DNA from: an uncultured virus (IMG/VR IMGVR_UViG_3300028840_003967)
Taxonomy: Duplodnaviria > Heunggongvirae > Uroviricota > Caudoviricetes
IMG/VR virus record: IMGVR_UViG_3300028840_003967
Span: 1 to 64,000 of that record
Reading direction: 5' to 3' (one strand)
DNA: 64,000 nucleotides
Numbering within the stretch: position 1 is the stretch's first letter; each line of letters begins with the position of its first letter. A model generated the notes under the pieces. The model made no database searches. It was not told the origin of the DNA and worked only from the letters and a program-made list of their open reading frames with translations. Below, one piece after another: positions 44,210 to 53,979 of the stretch. A program made the position numbers and the translations under genes.

Positions 44210-45025
44210 CTAGACGAAGGTGACTTTCTTCTGCCCTTGCGAAAGAACCGCCAACGCAGCGGTATTGCTTCCAACACGAGCAGTCACGTAGACATCTTCC
44301 GCCGCCGTGTCGGCGACGTAGCCGCTCACTTTCCCGTCAGCGTCACTCAACATCTCCACACCATCGTTTCCACCTGCCTCCGTGTCAAGAAGTTGACCAA
44401 GAGACATAAGGCCAAGAGCCGTGGTAGCGATGACAACTCCAGAAGCATCCAACGCGGACAGGAACACTTTCTTGTTGGAAAGAACATTTCCTTCCTGATC
44501 CTGCACGGTGAACTCAAAAGCCCCGCCCGCTTGATCCGCACCACCAACAGCACTTCCCGGAGCAACGGCAGTAGTGAAAACACCAGCCAACTTCGCGGCA
44601 GCAGCGCCAGTGAAATACATCTTGAAACGACTGGAAGGCATTCGCGCGTTCAGCCGAAGCGTTCCACCGTTGTCTGACGCGGCGATGTACTTGTCGAAGA
44701 CGGCATTCGCGGCAAGAAGCGCGGCAAGTTCAGCCGCCGTGGTCGCGGCAGGCGTAGCGCCCACAAGACCATCGATGGAGACTTTCTTGTACGAAGCCCC
44801 GTTGTCTTCGCTGAAGTACGTGTTGAGAAGTTGGTCGGCAGTCACACTCATGTCGTAAGTGCCCGCCCCGGCATCGTGATTGGTCGCGCCACTGTGCTTT
44901 GTGACACCACCAAGGTCCGCTTCGTCAAGAACGCCGCCAATGACTTCAACAGGCGGCGATTCACGTTGAGGTTTATACCCGTCTCCGAAGACATTTGGAT
45001 CGGCATCGTTGATTTGTCGGCTCAT
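44210..45025 (-). CDS. head decoration-like protein with Ig-like C-terminus
   Basis: FTVQDQEGNVLSNKKV..SDADGKVS..VTARVG..VTFV (Big_1-like). Confidence 0.55.
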   Translation of the reverse strand: MSRQINDADPNVFGDGYKPQRESPPVEVIGGVLDEADLGGVTKHSGATNHDAGAGTYDMSVTADQLLNTYFSEDNGASYKKVSIDGLVGATPAATTAAELAALLAANAVFDKYIAASDNGGTLRLNARMPSSRFKMYFTGAAAAKLAGVFTTAVAPGSAVGGADQAGGAFEFTVQDQEGNVLSNKKVFLSALDASGVVIATTALGLMSLGQLLDTEAGGNDGVEMLSDADGKVSGYVADTAAEDVYVTARVGSNTAALAVLSQGQKKVTFV

Positions 45026-45297
45026 CCGATTTCTCCTTTTAGCACAAAGGAGGATAGGAACGGCTTTGAAACACTCGCCACCGTTGCCCCTATCCCCCTA
45101 TGTACTGCGCTCCACAAAACAAGGCAAGGCCGGATTCCGGGGACCATTTGGTCTAAGCGGGTCATGCCCGCCCCCTCCACGCCATCATGCACGTACCGGC
45201 CAGGGGTCTGAGGAAAGTTCCCCGTGGTGGACATGGAGTGCAGTCCTTTGTGCCACCACGGCATGATGTAACCTCCCTGCACGGTTGCCTTGCTCAC
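45022..45297 (-). CDS. hypothetical protein
   Basis: ORF abutting capsid stop. Confidence 0.35.
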   Translation of the reverse strand: MSKATVQGGYIMPWWHKGLHSMSTTGNFPQTPGRYVHDGVEGAGMTRLDQMVPGIRPCLVLWSAVHRGIGATVASVSKPFLSSFVLKGEIG

Positions 45298-46260
45298 TCA
45301 CGCAGACTCCAACACCAGACCATGCGCACTTTCGACCAAGCCAGTACCCCAAATGCCGTAGTAGGCAATGGAGTGCTTCCGCCCATGGTCCTTCACGCCA
45401 TCGTCCCGCATTTCCGCTTCCAGGGAAATGGCAAGGCCAATCACGTGATCCCCGACGATGAGGGCCGAGTAAACATCGGCGTTCGTGCTGAACACGCCAG
45501 CGTCCACGCCGGTATCCTCGTTGTCGGTGTAGATCGATCCATCGGTGCTCAGAATCTTCCGAACCTGAGTCGTCTCGATGAAACGAACGTCTTCGATGCG
45601 CCCGATCTCCCCAAGGAAAATCTGATCGGGAGCGCCGTAGTTCGCGGCATTCACCCACGCCTGATCCCGACGAAGGAACTTCGCCTGATGAGGATGGATG
45701 AAACAAATGTAGGCATCCCCGTTGAACTTGGGAGCCTTGTTGGTTGCCAGGGTGGAAACAGCATCACGAATCAAGTCCACGTCGAAAGTGTCGGAACTCG
45801 TGATAGCGGCACGTCCGCTTCTGCCTCGCGCGTACAGCGCGCCAGGAACGGTGTACAGCGTATCGCGGATTTCCGCGTCCCGCGTCTTGGCGAAGTGCAT
45901 TCCGAGCAGTTGCGCGGAACTCGCCAAGATGTCATCGAAAGACGAGCGAAGCAACAGTTCGCTCACCCCAATGGCTTTGCCTCGCTCGCCAACAGCGATG
46001 CTAATCTGCGAAGCGGCCAGGGCATCCGGCACGATGTCAACGTTCTCGGTGAGAACATTCGAGCCGGTGAGGGAAGAATACTTTAGGAACTTGATCGTCA
46101 GGCCCGGAAGGACGTTCAACTCTTCCTTCACACTCGCCACCTGTTCAAAGCGCAGCAAGGGTTGCGCCTGGAAGATGATTTCCTGCGAGTACACTTCCAG
46201 GATCGCTTCAGGAAGAGGAGTAGCGCCGCCACCAGACGCGATTGCGGTTGCAATGGCCAT
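45298..46260 (-). CDS. major capsid protein (N4-gp56-like family)
   Basis: EVYSQEIIFQAQP.LRF..GLTIKFLKY, YICFIHP.Q, GEIGRIEDVRFIET, DHGRKHSIAYYGIWG. Confidence 0.88.
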   Translation of the reverse strand: MAIATAIASGGGATPLPEAILEVYSQEIIFQAQPLLRFEQVASVKEELNVLPGLTIKFLKYSSLTGSNVLTENVDIVPDALAASQISIAVGERGKAIGVSELLLRSSFDDILASSAQLLGMHFAKTRDAEIRDTLYTVPGALYARGRSGRAAITSSDTFDVDLIRDAVSTLATNKAPKFNGDAYICFIHPHQAKFLRRDQAWVNAANYGAPDQIFLGEIGRIEDVRFIETTQVRKILSTDGSIYTDNEDTGVDAGVFSTNADVYSALIVGDHVIGLAISLEAEMRDDGVKDHGRKHSIAYYGIWGTGLVESAHGLVLESA

Positions 46261-46296
46261 TGTTCTCTTTCTCCAAACAGTCTAGTCCCTCAAAGA

Positions 46297-47316
46297 CTAT
46301 CGGCTTGTAAGAGGATTTGGATTGCGCGGATAAATCTGCCGCACTCTGCTCAAAATCTTCTTACGATTAGCCGCGTAATCTTCAGGGGACATGTTTCTCA
46401 CATCCTGGTGAAGTTTTTCTTCTTCGGTTTGCGCCGGGATGCCTTCGACGCCCGAAGTTGCCGGACGGGGAGCAGACAACGGCGTAGGAGCCGCCGGTTG
46501 CACCCCATTTGCAGCGGGGACGCTGTGCGTTTGTGGCATGGTGGCAGTAGGGGTGGTCCCCTGTGGCGTCTGTGCGGATTCAGACGATGAAGCATTCGCC
46601 GCCGGTTCTGCGCTCGAAATTGCTCCGGCAGGGAAATATCGAGCATAGACAGCCTTTGCCTCAAGAGCACTCGCGCGAAGTTCTTCTTCCGTCGAGCCTT
46701 TCACGAGTTCAGCAACAATCTTCCCACCCGCTTCATCGATGAGTCTTTGACGGAAAGCAGCTAAGCTGTCGCCTTGCAGGGCCGAGACGCGAGAAGTGAG
46801 TTCCCTGATCTCGGTAGTGTACTGTGCACGCTCTTCATCGAACTGCTTCTTCATTGCGGCAGTGGCTTGGGCGGCTGTGTCCTCGATCAACGCTTGGACA
46901 TCAAACCCAGGATTATCTTCTTTCTTTGCTTTTGAAGAAGCCTTTTCGACTTTCGCCTTCAGCGTGTCAACAGCACTTTGAAGTTCAGCGTTCTGATCGG
47001 TCAACAGCGTAACGTTCTGCTTGAGAGTTCCGTTCTCCGACTCGTAATGTTCGAGTTTGGAAAGTTTGTCGTACAACTTTTGCTTCTCTTGCTGCCGAAC
47101 TTTTTCGAGTTCAGCTTTCACGTCGGCTGGATACTCCGTCTTCGTTTGCCCATCCCATCCACAAGACGGACAACGGGCTTCGGGAGTCGGAGTAACCTTC
47201 TCGACAACAGCAGGCGTTGCCGCTTGATTCCCCTCTGCCCCAAGACGCTTCTTCTCTTCGGCGGCTTGAAGCGCAGCCGTCGCTTTTGACGCGGGGATTC
47301 CACTAGTCGTTTCCAT
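46297..47316 (-). CDS. capsid scaffolding protein
   Basis: Coiled coil, Pro/Ala linker, C-terminal RNMSPEDYAANRKKIL; directly before capsid. Confidence 0.8.
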   Translation of the reverse strand: METTSGIPASKATAALQAAEEKKRLGAEGNQAATPAVVEKVTPTPEARCPSCGWDGQTKTEYPADVKAELEKVRQQEKQKLYDKLSKLEHYESENGTLKQNVTLLTDQNAELQSAVDTLKAKVEKASSKAKKEDNPGFDVQALIEDTAAQATAAMKKQFDEERAQYTTEIRELTSRVSALQGDSLAAFRQRLIDEAGGKIVAELVKGSTEEELRASALEAKAVYARYFPAGAISSAEPAANASSSESAQTPQGTTPTATMPQTHSVPAANGVQPAAPTPLSAPRPATSGVEGIPAQTEEEKLHQDVRNMSPEDYAANRKKILSRVRQIYPRNPNPLTSR

Positions 47317-47372
47317 CTCTCGTCTCCTTCTTGTTCTTAGTCAGTAGTCGGCAACTCCACATGATCCACGTA

Positions 47373-47588
47373 CTACCTGCCAGCGGGCTTTGAACGAACG
47401 GTGGTGCCCCTGCCGACAGGCTGAGACAGTCCAGCGCCTTGCATCCGGGTCACGCGCTCGCCGTCCATCTTCGAGCCTTGCTGCGTGCCCTGTTGCTGGA
47501 GCATTCCGGCACGGAACGCCCCTTCCATTACGGACTGATCGCTGCCACCAAGGTAGTCATCGCTCAGACCGTGAGTGAAACGAGCCAT
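47373..47588 (-). CDS. small hypothetical protein
   Basis: AAGGAG RBS. Confidence 0.5.
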   Translation of the reverse strand: MARFTHGLSDDYLGGSDQSVMEGAFRAGMLQQQGTQQGSKMDGERVTRMQGAGLSQPVGRGTTVRSKPAGR

Positions 47589-47680
47589 GATCTTTCTCCT
47601 TCCCGAAACAAGTCTACACGAAACTTCACGATGCGCCGTGCTTCCCAGTCGTCCCTACGCCCACGGTCAGTGCCCTTACG

Positions 47681-47719
47681 GTAGTGTACCGATTATTCGG
47701 TTATCCCCGAAAATGTCAA
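47681..47719 (-). promoter_or_regulatory. promoter-like element with TCGGTACACTAC box
   Basis: TTGACA at portal stop, then AATAAT and TCGGTACACTAC. Confidence 0.45.
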
Positions 47720-49347
47720 GGACTTTCTCCCCCGCCTACACCCTCTTCCGTCTTCTCCATTTCGGACAGTAGCTCGTCATAGGCTGTATCCTGCGCCTGG
47801 AAAGAGGCTTCCAGTTCAGGCAGGTTCAATCCGTATGAGCCGAGCGCGTACACGTTCAGATTCACGGGACGCTCGCCGAGAGCCGCCACAGCGCGTTCAA
47901 CGTCTTCGGCCAACGTCTGTCTTTGATCTGCGAGGATTTCCAGCATCCTCCTCTTCACGTCCTTGACACCGAGAGTTCTCAGTGCTCCCGCTCTGGACTC
48001 CAATCCTTGCTCCATCTTGGCGACAAGCATGTCCACCACGAGTTTTTCATCTCGCGGCAACGGGGAGTTGAACTCAATTCCCGTTTCGTACATCCTCGTC
48101 TTGTCCTGGATTTGTTCTCCGATCTTGACGCCGAAGCGTTGATCCAAAATCTGAAGAACGATCTCGTTCGCCTGGACGATGGAACTGCCGTATGTCGTGT
48201 ACTTCCTTCGAGTCTTTTCGATCAAAGGAAGATAGGTCACTTCCAACGCGGCGGCAGATGTGTTGCTGATTTCTTGGATCGATCCCAAGGAGTTCTCGGG
48301 CGTATTGGAGATTTCATGCAAGGACAGCTTCAGGAACTTCAAGTGATTCACTGCCGCTTCAAGTTCCCCTTCCAGTCCCAAGTTCTCCACTCTCGCCTTT
48401 TCAGGAAGGCCGGACCATACCTGATTCGGCGACTTCTCAAGTTGCTGCGCTCTCGCTCCGAAGATGAGGGTTGTCGGAGCGGAATGATACTTGATGATCG
48501 AATCGATGTCGTTAGCCGCTTCATTGATGTGCTCATTCAAAGGAATGATGTCGTCAATGTCGGACTCACCAAAGAACGAACTTGCGATAGGGATGTTCCT
48601 CGTATGGACGACAGGAATCCGGCCAAGGAAGTTCTTCCTTCTGGAACCCGGAATCTCGTCCCGGTTCCAATACTCAACGACTTCTCTCCGGGTGATGATG
48701 ATGGAGTACAATCCAAGCGGGCGTCCGCTTCTCAATGTCATGGCCCGCAAAGGTCTGTCCGAAGAGTTGAACACAGTCGGGAACTGGATGAGAACGGCAT
48801 ACATCTCCCGTTCGTCGCTTTCGTCGTAGATGGGGTGGACATAAGAACTGTTTATATTGCGAATGACGATCTTTTGCTGATCGAGAGGGAGAGGCTTTCC
48901 GTCCACACCACGATCTTCGACGGTGATGTAAAGAAAAGCATCGCCTGTCACAGCGCCCATCTGTCCGTGTTCCCAAAGCATCTTGTCTCTATCGTTGGCT
49001 CTCCACACCATATCGAGAAGCGGAACAATGTTTTCGTTCCCCGGTGGTGTAGTGATCTTAAACCCGGAGCCAAAGAGCCAATCGACGGACTTGTTTATAA
49101 TGGGACGACAGTAGTTGATGGCGAGTTTTCTTTGCCCGTCAATGGTTCGAACTTCGAAGTGTTCTCCGCGATAAAAGCGCCAGTTGCGCTTGTAGCGAGC
49201 AAGGCGTGTATGCGTGTAGTCTCGGGAGTGATCTTCAAAGAAAGTTCCGGTAACGTCCAAGACATCGTTCCCCGACAAAGCAGAATCGAGATACGTATCG
49301 GTACGTCCCGTGAAAGTCTTTCTCAAGAAGCCAAGCACTTTGCTCAT
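47716..49347 (-). CDS. portal protein (SPP1 gp6-like)
   Basis: RFYRGEH, NYCRPII, VTGDAF, GRIPVVH..N, FGESDI; follows terminase. Confidence 0.9.
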   Translation of the reverse strand: MSKVLGFLRKTFTGRTDTYLDSALSGNDVLDVTGTFFEDHSRDYTHTRLARYKRNWRFYRGEHFEVRTIDGQRKLAINYCRPIINKSVDWLFGSGFKITTPPGNENIVPLLDMVWRANDRDKMLWEHGQMGAVTGDAFLYITVEDRGVDGKPLPLDQQKIVIRNINSSYVHPIYDESDEREMYAVLIQFPTVFNSSDRPLRAMTLRSGRPLGLYSIIITRREVVEYWNRDEIPGSRRKNFLGRIPVVHTRNIPIASSFFGESDIDDIIPLNEHINEAANDIDSIIKYHSAPTTLIFGARAQQLEKSPNQVWSGLPEKARVENLGLEGELEAAVNHLKFLKLSLHEISNTPENSLGSIQEISNTSAAALEVTYLPLIEKTRRKYTTYGSSIVQANEIVLQILDQRFGVKIGEQIQDKTRMYETGIEFNSPLPRDEKLVVDMLVAKMEQGLESRAGALRTLGVKDVKRRMLEILADQRQTLAEDVERAVAALGERPVNLNVYALGSYGLNLPELEASFQAQDTAYDELLSEMEKTEEGVGGGESP

Positions 49348-49365
49348 GGTCTAACCTCACTCTAT

Positions 49366-49391
49366 TAGTGTGCCGAAAATTCGGTACACTA
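49366..49391. promoter_or_regulatory. 26-bp palindrome upstream of portal
   Basis: TAGTGTGCCGAA-AA-TTCGGTACACTA. Confidence 0.55.
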
Positions 49392-49595
49392 CTTAGCCCT
49401 CTTGCGTCCAGCGGCAGCCATCTTGGCCATCTTCTTTGCGCCGAACTTTTTCCGGCCTATGACAGCGGCCAAAGCCTTTGGGTCTTCAATCCCGTCTTCC
49501 TGTCTTCCCAAGGATCGTTGAAGCCGTTGAAAACGTTTCCCGGTTCCCAACTTGGGCAGCTTCTTTTTCTGTCCACGTCCGCCACGCTGTGCCAT
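49389..49595 (-). CDS. small basic protein between terminase and portal
   Basis: LGTGKRF..DPKALAAVIGRKKFG. Confidence 0.65.
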   Translation of the reverse strand: MAQRGGRGQKKKLPKLGTGKRFQRLQRSLGRQEDGIEDPKALAAVIGRKKFGAKKMAKMAAAGRKRAK

Positions 49596-52363
49596 TACGC
49601 TATTACCCCCGCTCCTACCATGAAGTTCTGTTGAACTTCGATTTCGCCCGTGTCTGCCGGTTCCTGCGCGCCGTAGGCGGCAAGCATGAGAGAAACAGGG
49701 TAGTCGTCATGCGCTCCCGGTTCGTCTGGATGCTCGCACACCATGTAGTTGTTCTTGTACAACTTTCTCAAGTCCAACATCTCTCCCACGAAGCGCCTGA
49801 AGTGTCTTGACTTTCTCGCCTTCTCTCCGGCAGGGAAGGAGAGTCTACCCGACATGAGATCGGAATGCAATATCTTAAAACCATCCGACTTCGAAGCCGG
49901 GGTGAACTTCACTCCCTGCACTTCGACAAATCCCATTTCAGGCGTTCCATCCGCCCCCTTCCCGCGATCAAACTCGCTGTAGTACACGGTGAACTTGTCA
50001 AGTCCCCATTCCCCCACACCTGTTGCATCGAGAGTGATCTTCCTCAGTCCTTTGAAATTGGAGAGGAAGTTCACAATCTCGTGGAATTGGTGCTCGTAGT
50101 TGTCGCCGAGAAGCATGTGCCAAGCAACGACACGCTTGTTGTAGGCGATCCAATGGAAACTCCCTTCAGGCGTGTCAACCCATTCATCAGCGACGGGAGT
50201 TCTCCAATCCACGTCCATTACGGTAATCACACTTGGATCGTGGATTTTTCCGAAGTCAATCCCGGCGATCTGAGTTGTCACACGAGAAGATCGGTGCCAA
50301 ATCTCGTGATAGCCGCCGTGCGTCTTAGCGATTGCGGGCGTCATAAGCTGCTTGTCCGTGATGAACTGTCCACGCTCAAGCAACCATTCGCAGCAATAGC
50401 TAAGACGGAACTCATCGCTGTCTTCACCAAGGCGAACTTTTTCTTTCTTGATGTAGTCCCGATACATGGAGTTGTACTTTTGACAAACAAGATAGTCGTA
50501 TCGGTAGTGGTTCTTCGCTTCGCCTTGCGCGTACAAACGCTGATTGGACTTGATCGACGTGTAGAAATCAGACTTCTCCGTCGAACAAGTTCCGATCTTC
50601 ACAATGACGCCGTTGTACGCGGCAACCATGGGATGAAGGCTGTTACCTGTTACGATTCCATTAGCAATGACAAAATGCCGTTCATCTGGAACAGTCACGC
50701 AGTATGTGGGTTTCTTTCCGATATGTCTGACGGATTTAACACTAACAAACTGTATGTCTTCAGGATAAAACTGACTTCTACTCCGCCCTCTTTTTCCTTG
50801 AATAGTGCGGATACCCGCTTCAAGAGCGTCTTGTTTTGGCCCTAAGTTAAACTGCTTATGAAATTCACGCACATCTTCAACAGACTTTATATGCAGTCGG
50901 TACATATAGGTGCCTAGACGTTCTTTTATTCCCGGCAAATTCCCTGTGCTTTCCACGAAACCTTCGAACTTAGCACATTGAATGCCGAAGTGTAACAAAG
51001 TTTTCCGAAGGCCGTCTACAAGATACTCTGAACAGTTGGAAAATGAAACAACAGGTTTCACAGTCGGATTTTCTATACTGCCGTCAGCTATAATCAACCC
51101 GGAAGCAAGTCCGCGCAGAAATTCTAAGCTCCAAGGAAGATTGGGTATACGCTTGTTCTCACGCTTTGCCCCCCAAACGCCGATTTTTTTCAGCCATTCT
51201 GTCAACTTATTAGAGCCTTTCTTGTTTCCAGGCGAAGTAAGCCCACATTCAAGCATTCCACTAGATTGCTCGTTATAGACTACAGGACGCACGCCGAATT
51301 CATGCGGACATATACGGTCAAGTAGTTTCTTTACAGAAGGCTCAACAATTATTTGCGGCTTATCGCCAGTGAAACATCCGTCACCAAGAAGCAAGCCAAG
51401 CAAGAATCCTCGATCAAAGTTCCCTAAGACACCTGCTGCATTATTCAATCGTGTAGGAACAGCCATTTGCCAGCCGGGCTGGATTTCGTAAGTCAAGGCT
51501 TCGAAAGGAACCCTCCGAGTTCTGCTGCGCACAAAATGCCGGTGATTGGCCGTAACGTCTAAGTATCTTCCTCCTGCTAATGTCACACGATACACGGGTT
51601 GCACACCATTATCATGGTACTCAATATCACGAGACTCAAAAAAGCCAGAAGGAGTCAACACAGGCAGTTTCTTTTTGACAACTTCTTCCACAGGAACTTC
51701 GATTCCTCCAGAAGTAATGAAAAGCGTGCCTTCAGCAAAACACTTCCTCACCTTCAGCGTCCCGATGTCTTGCGCCTCATCAAGAATCAGGATGTGGTAC
51801 GTGTCGCCTTCGATGTGTGACTGTTCCGAAGCCGACTGAGAACGAATCCGGCTTCCATTCGAAAGACGAGTCTTGTTGGCGTTGCCGATGTCAAGGGCAA
51901 CGTTCAATTCGGCGGCTACTTCCTTCGTGGTGTCCGTTTCGAGCGTGTCACGAAGGCGACTGTAAACGATGTCAGCCTGTTCCTGTTTCGGCGCGTAGAT
52001 GCCGACAACGACACCGTACTTGTAGCCGCGATAGTTGCCTTGCTCGTCGGTACAGTTCAAGCGCCAATCGTCTTCGAAGATTTTCATTCTCGCAAGAAGC
52101 GGAAGAATCAAGCAGCACGCGGCGAGAATGTCCGCAATCAACTGAGACTTGCCGGACTGCCTAGCCCAAAGCGCGGTAAGCATGTCGCCGTCATGGAGAA
52201 GAACGGCTTCCACAAAACGATAGCCGAACTCCTTCTGATACTTGAAGTGCCTCTTCTGAGAAAGGATTTCGGCAAGACGGAGAATACGCAAAACAAGACT
52301 ATCCAACGGCACAGTCGGTTGACTGGTTTCCCGCGTGCAGACACGCGGTGCCATGGGTTCCAT
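49595..52363 (-). CDS. terminase large subunit containing an intein
   Basis: ARQSGKS, ILDEAQ, GIDFG, DATGVG, HDDY. Confidence 0.95.
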   Translation of the reverse strand: MEPMAPRVCTRETSQPTVPLDSLVLRILRLAEILSQKRHFKYQKEFGYRFVEAVLLHDGDMLTALWARQSGKSQLIADILAACCLILPLLARMKIFEDDWRLNCTDEQGNYRGYKYGVVVGIYAPKQEQADIVYSRLRDTLETDTTKEVAAELNVALDIGNANKTRLSNGSRIRSQSASEQSHIEGDTYHILILDEAQDIGTLKVRKCFAEGTLFITSGGIEVPVEEVVKKKLPVLTPSGFFESRDIEYHDNGVQPVYRVTLAGGRYLDVTANHRHFVRSRTRRVPFEALTYEIQPGWQMAVPTRLNNAAGVLGNFDRGFLLGLLLGDGCFTGDKPQIIVEPSVKKLLDRICPHEFGVRPVVYNEQSSGMLECGLTSPGNKKGSNKLTEWLKKIGVWGAKRENKRIPNLPWSLEFLRGLASGLIIADGSIENPTVKPVVSFSNCSEYLVDGLRKTLLHFGIQCAKFEGFVESTGNLPGIKERLGTYMYRLHIKSVEDVREFHKQFNLGPKQDALEAGIRTIQGKRGRSRSQFYPEDIQFVSVKSVRHIGKKPTYCVTVPDERHFVIANGIVTGNSLHPMVAAYNGVIVKIGTCSTEKSDFYTSIKSNQRLYAQGEAKNHYRYDYLVCQKYNSMYRDYIKKEKVRLGEDSDEFRLSYCCEWLLERGQFITDKQLMTPAIAKTHGGYHEIWHRSSRVTTQIAGIDFGKIHDPSVITVMDVDWRTPVADEWVDTPEGSFHWIAYNKRVVAWHMLLGDNYEHQFHEIVNFLSNFKGLRKITLDATGVGEWGLDKFTVYYSEFDRGKGADGTPEMGFVEVQGVKFTPASKSDGFKILHSDLMSGRLSFPAGEKARKSRHFRRFVGEMLDLRKLYKNNYMVCEHPDEPGAHDDYPVSLMLAAYGAQEPADTGEIEVQQNFMVGAGVIA
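50642..51742 (-). mobile_element. intein with LAGLIDADG homing endonuclease (367 aa)
   Basis: K|CFAEGT N-terminus, TANHRH block B, LLGLLLGDG and SGLIIADG, IANGIVTGN|S C-terminus; lower GC. Confidence 0.93.
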
Positions 52364-52371
52364 AAGACTGT

Positions 52372-52758
52372 TCACGGATTCCGCGTCTCCAGTTCCTTCT
52401 GAATGACTTTCACGTCTATCTGCATCTGTTGCTGGCGCGTGTCCATCTTTGTGTTCCACGCCTTCTGTTCTTCCATGTGCCGCTCGATTCTCTTGTACGC
52501 TTTCTCGGTGATCTCCTTGTTGTGCTCGTTATCTTTCTGCAAGTCCTTGATGTTGCCGTGGTTTTCCCAACTCCGCTTGTTGACCGGCAAAAGGCGCTCT
52601 TCGTTTCTCTGAATGCCTTCTTTGTTCTCTTTCACATCCCGCTGCATCTGAAGAAACGTGTAGTAGAATCCGATGATCGCGGCGCATAGCGCGAGCACGA
52701 ACTTAATCAATTCAAATCCATGCTTCGACGCATGTTTCTTCAGCGTTGAAGTGTTCAT
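52372..52758 (-). CDS. single-TM + coiled-coil protein (holin/XhlA-like?)
   Basis: LIKFVLALCAAIIGFYYTFL then heptads. Confidence 0.5.
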   Translation of the reverse strand: MNTSTLKKHASKHGFELIKFVLALCAAIIGFYYTFLQMQRDVKENKEGIQRNEERLLPVNKRSWENHGNIKDLQKDNEHNKEITEKAYKRIERHMEEQKAWNTKMDTRQQQMQIDVKVIQKELETRNP

Positions 52759-53126
52759 ACAGGCGCACTCCTGTTGCTGACCCTCGCTACGTAAGGAGTG
52801 AGAGCCGCTTGAACATCCGGCAACGACGGCTTCCTGATGAAATCCCGTTTGCACTCCGACATGAGATTCCACGCCATATCCGTGCTCAACGGTGTCCAAA
52901 TGACGACGAGAGTCTTGATTTCAGAAAGAACAGCGATAACTTCGTCTGCATCGATTGTGGACAACACATCCGCCAAAATCAAATCGTAGGTTTTGTTTTC
53001 CAGCCTACGTTTGAGTATGTATATATTGGGACATGTGTCCACGAACGCTTGCGGAACGAAACCTGCGATCCTCTCCGCAACATGATTCGCAAAAACCCTA
53101 TTGGAATCGAAAACGAGAATGTTCAT
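52755..53126 (-). CDS. stand-alone response-regulator receiver (CheY-like) domain
   Basis: NILVFD, YDLILAD, VVIWT, DFIRKP. Confidence 0.75.
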   Translation of the reverse strand: MNILVFDSNRVFANHVAERIAGFVPQAFVDTCPNIYILKRRLENKTYDLILADVLSTIDADEVIAVLSEIKTLVVIWTPLSTDMAWNLMSECKRDFIRKPSLPDVQAALTPYVARVSNRSAPV

Positions 53127-53437
53127 CGCTTTCCTCTCCCGCTACGTGTAGTTGCTATATCCCATTCGTTGAACTCTTTCCGGGTCAAATAGATTCCCGG
53201 AAAACCTGAAACAGTCGCGTCAAGATCGTTGATGTCCTTCTTGGCGTCATCTATCCTCTGGTAGAGATGTCTCACATCTTCACGGTGTTTCTCTTCGTGA
53301 GCGATCAATCTTCCTTCGACTTCTTTCAACTTGCCCCAAAAGAGCCGCCCAATAACAAAGATCAACGTTCCAACGACAGCTAAGAGCGCCGAAAGGAGCG
53401 TAAAAATGATCGTCATTGTGTAGTTGTCACCTTTCAT
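53123..53437 (-). CDS. single-TM + coiled-coil protein (holin-like?)
   Basis: IIFTLLSALLAVVGTLIFVIG then heptads. Confidence 0.5.
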   Translation of the reverse strand: MKGDNYTMTIIFTLLSALLAVVGTLIFVIGRLFWGKLKEVEGRLIAHEEKHREDVRHLYQRIDDAKKDINDLDATVSGFPGIYLTRKEFNEWDIATTRSGRGKR

Positions 53438-53446
53438 CTCACACTC

Positions 53447-53794
53447 CTATCCGCTGTAAGTCACGTCGCCTTTGATCTTGAACACGCCTTGAAGAACTGT
53501 GTGAATGTCGCCAGAAGGCAACTCTACTTCAACGTCATACACGAAGTTTCCGCAATAGTTCAACTCCCTTGTGTCAGCGGGAACAAGATAGATTTCGAGC
53601 ACGCCATTTGTTGGATCGGTGATCGCGGCTTCGCCAGCAACGGCAGAAGACTTCTCGATCAAAGCTGTGGTGTTGAAGTCCTTTCGGACGGTGAATCGCG
53701 CTGTGCTTCCGGTGATGTCAAACACAACGCCGTCAACGTCCTTAACGGTCACTTCAAGCGTTTGGTTGTCACCCCTGAAGATTTCAACGTCCAT
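53447..53794 (-). CDS. BppU N-terminal-like virion protein
   Basis: RGDN..VKDVDG..DITG..NG..L.PADT..YDVE..TVLQG. Confidence 0.65.
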   Translation of the reverse strand: MDVEIFRGDNQTLEVTVKDVDGVVFDITGSTARFTVRKDFNTTALIEKSSAVAGEAAITDPTNGVLEIYLVPADTRELNYCGNFVYDVEVELPSGDIHTVLQGVFKIKGDVTYSG

Positions 53795-53979
53795 CTTCCG
53801 CTCCTTAGACGCAACAGCACTTTAGGGTGCCGACAAGTTGGCTCTTGTCAACAATGGTTCCTTTCAAGCCGGTTCGCTTGACAACGATTGTTCCCGTCAA
53901 AGGAAAGTGCAGGCACAAGTTTCTTCTCGGCCTGCAAATCATTCCCTTGGTTGCCAAACACACGCCTGAAGCCATCGTA

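Noticed and set aside
47923..49368. Long plus-strand ORFs (also 29655-30704, 33629-34948, 39062-40225)
   Set aside because: Antisense shadows of well-supported minus-strand genes, with no recognisable motifs.
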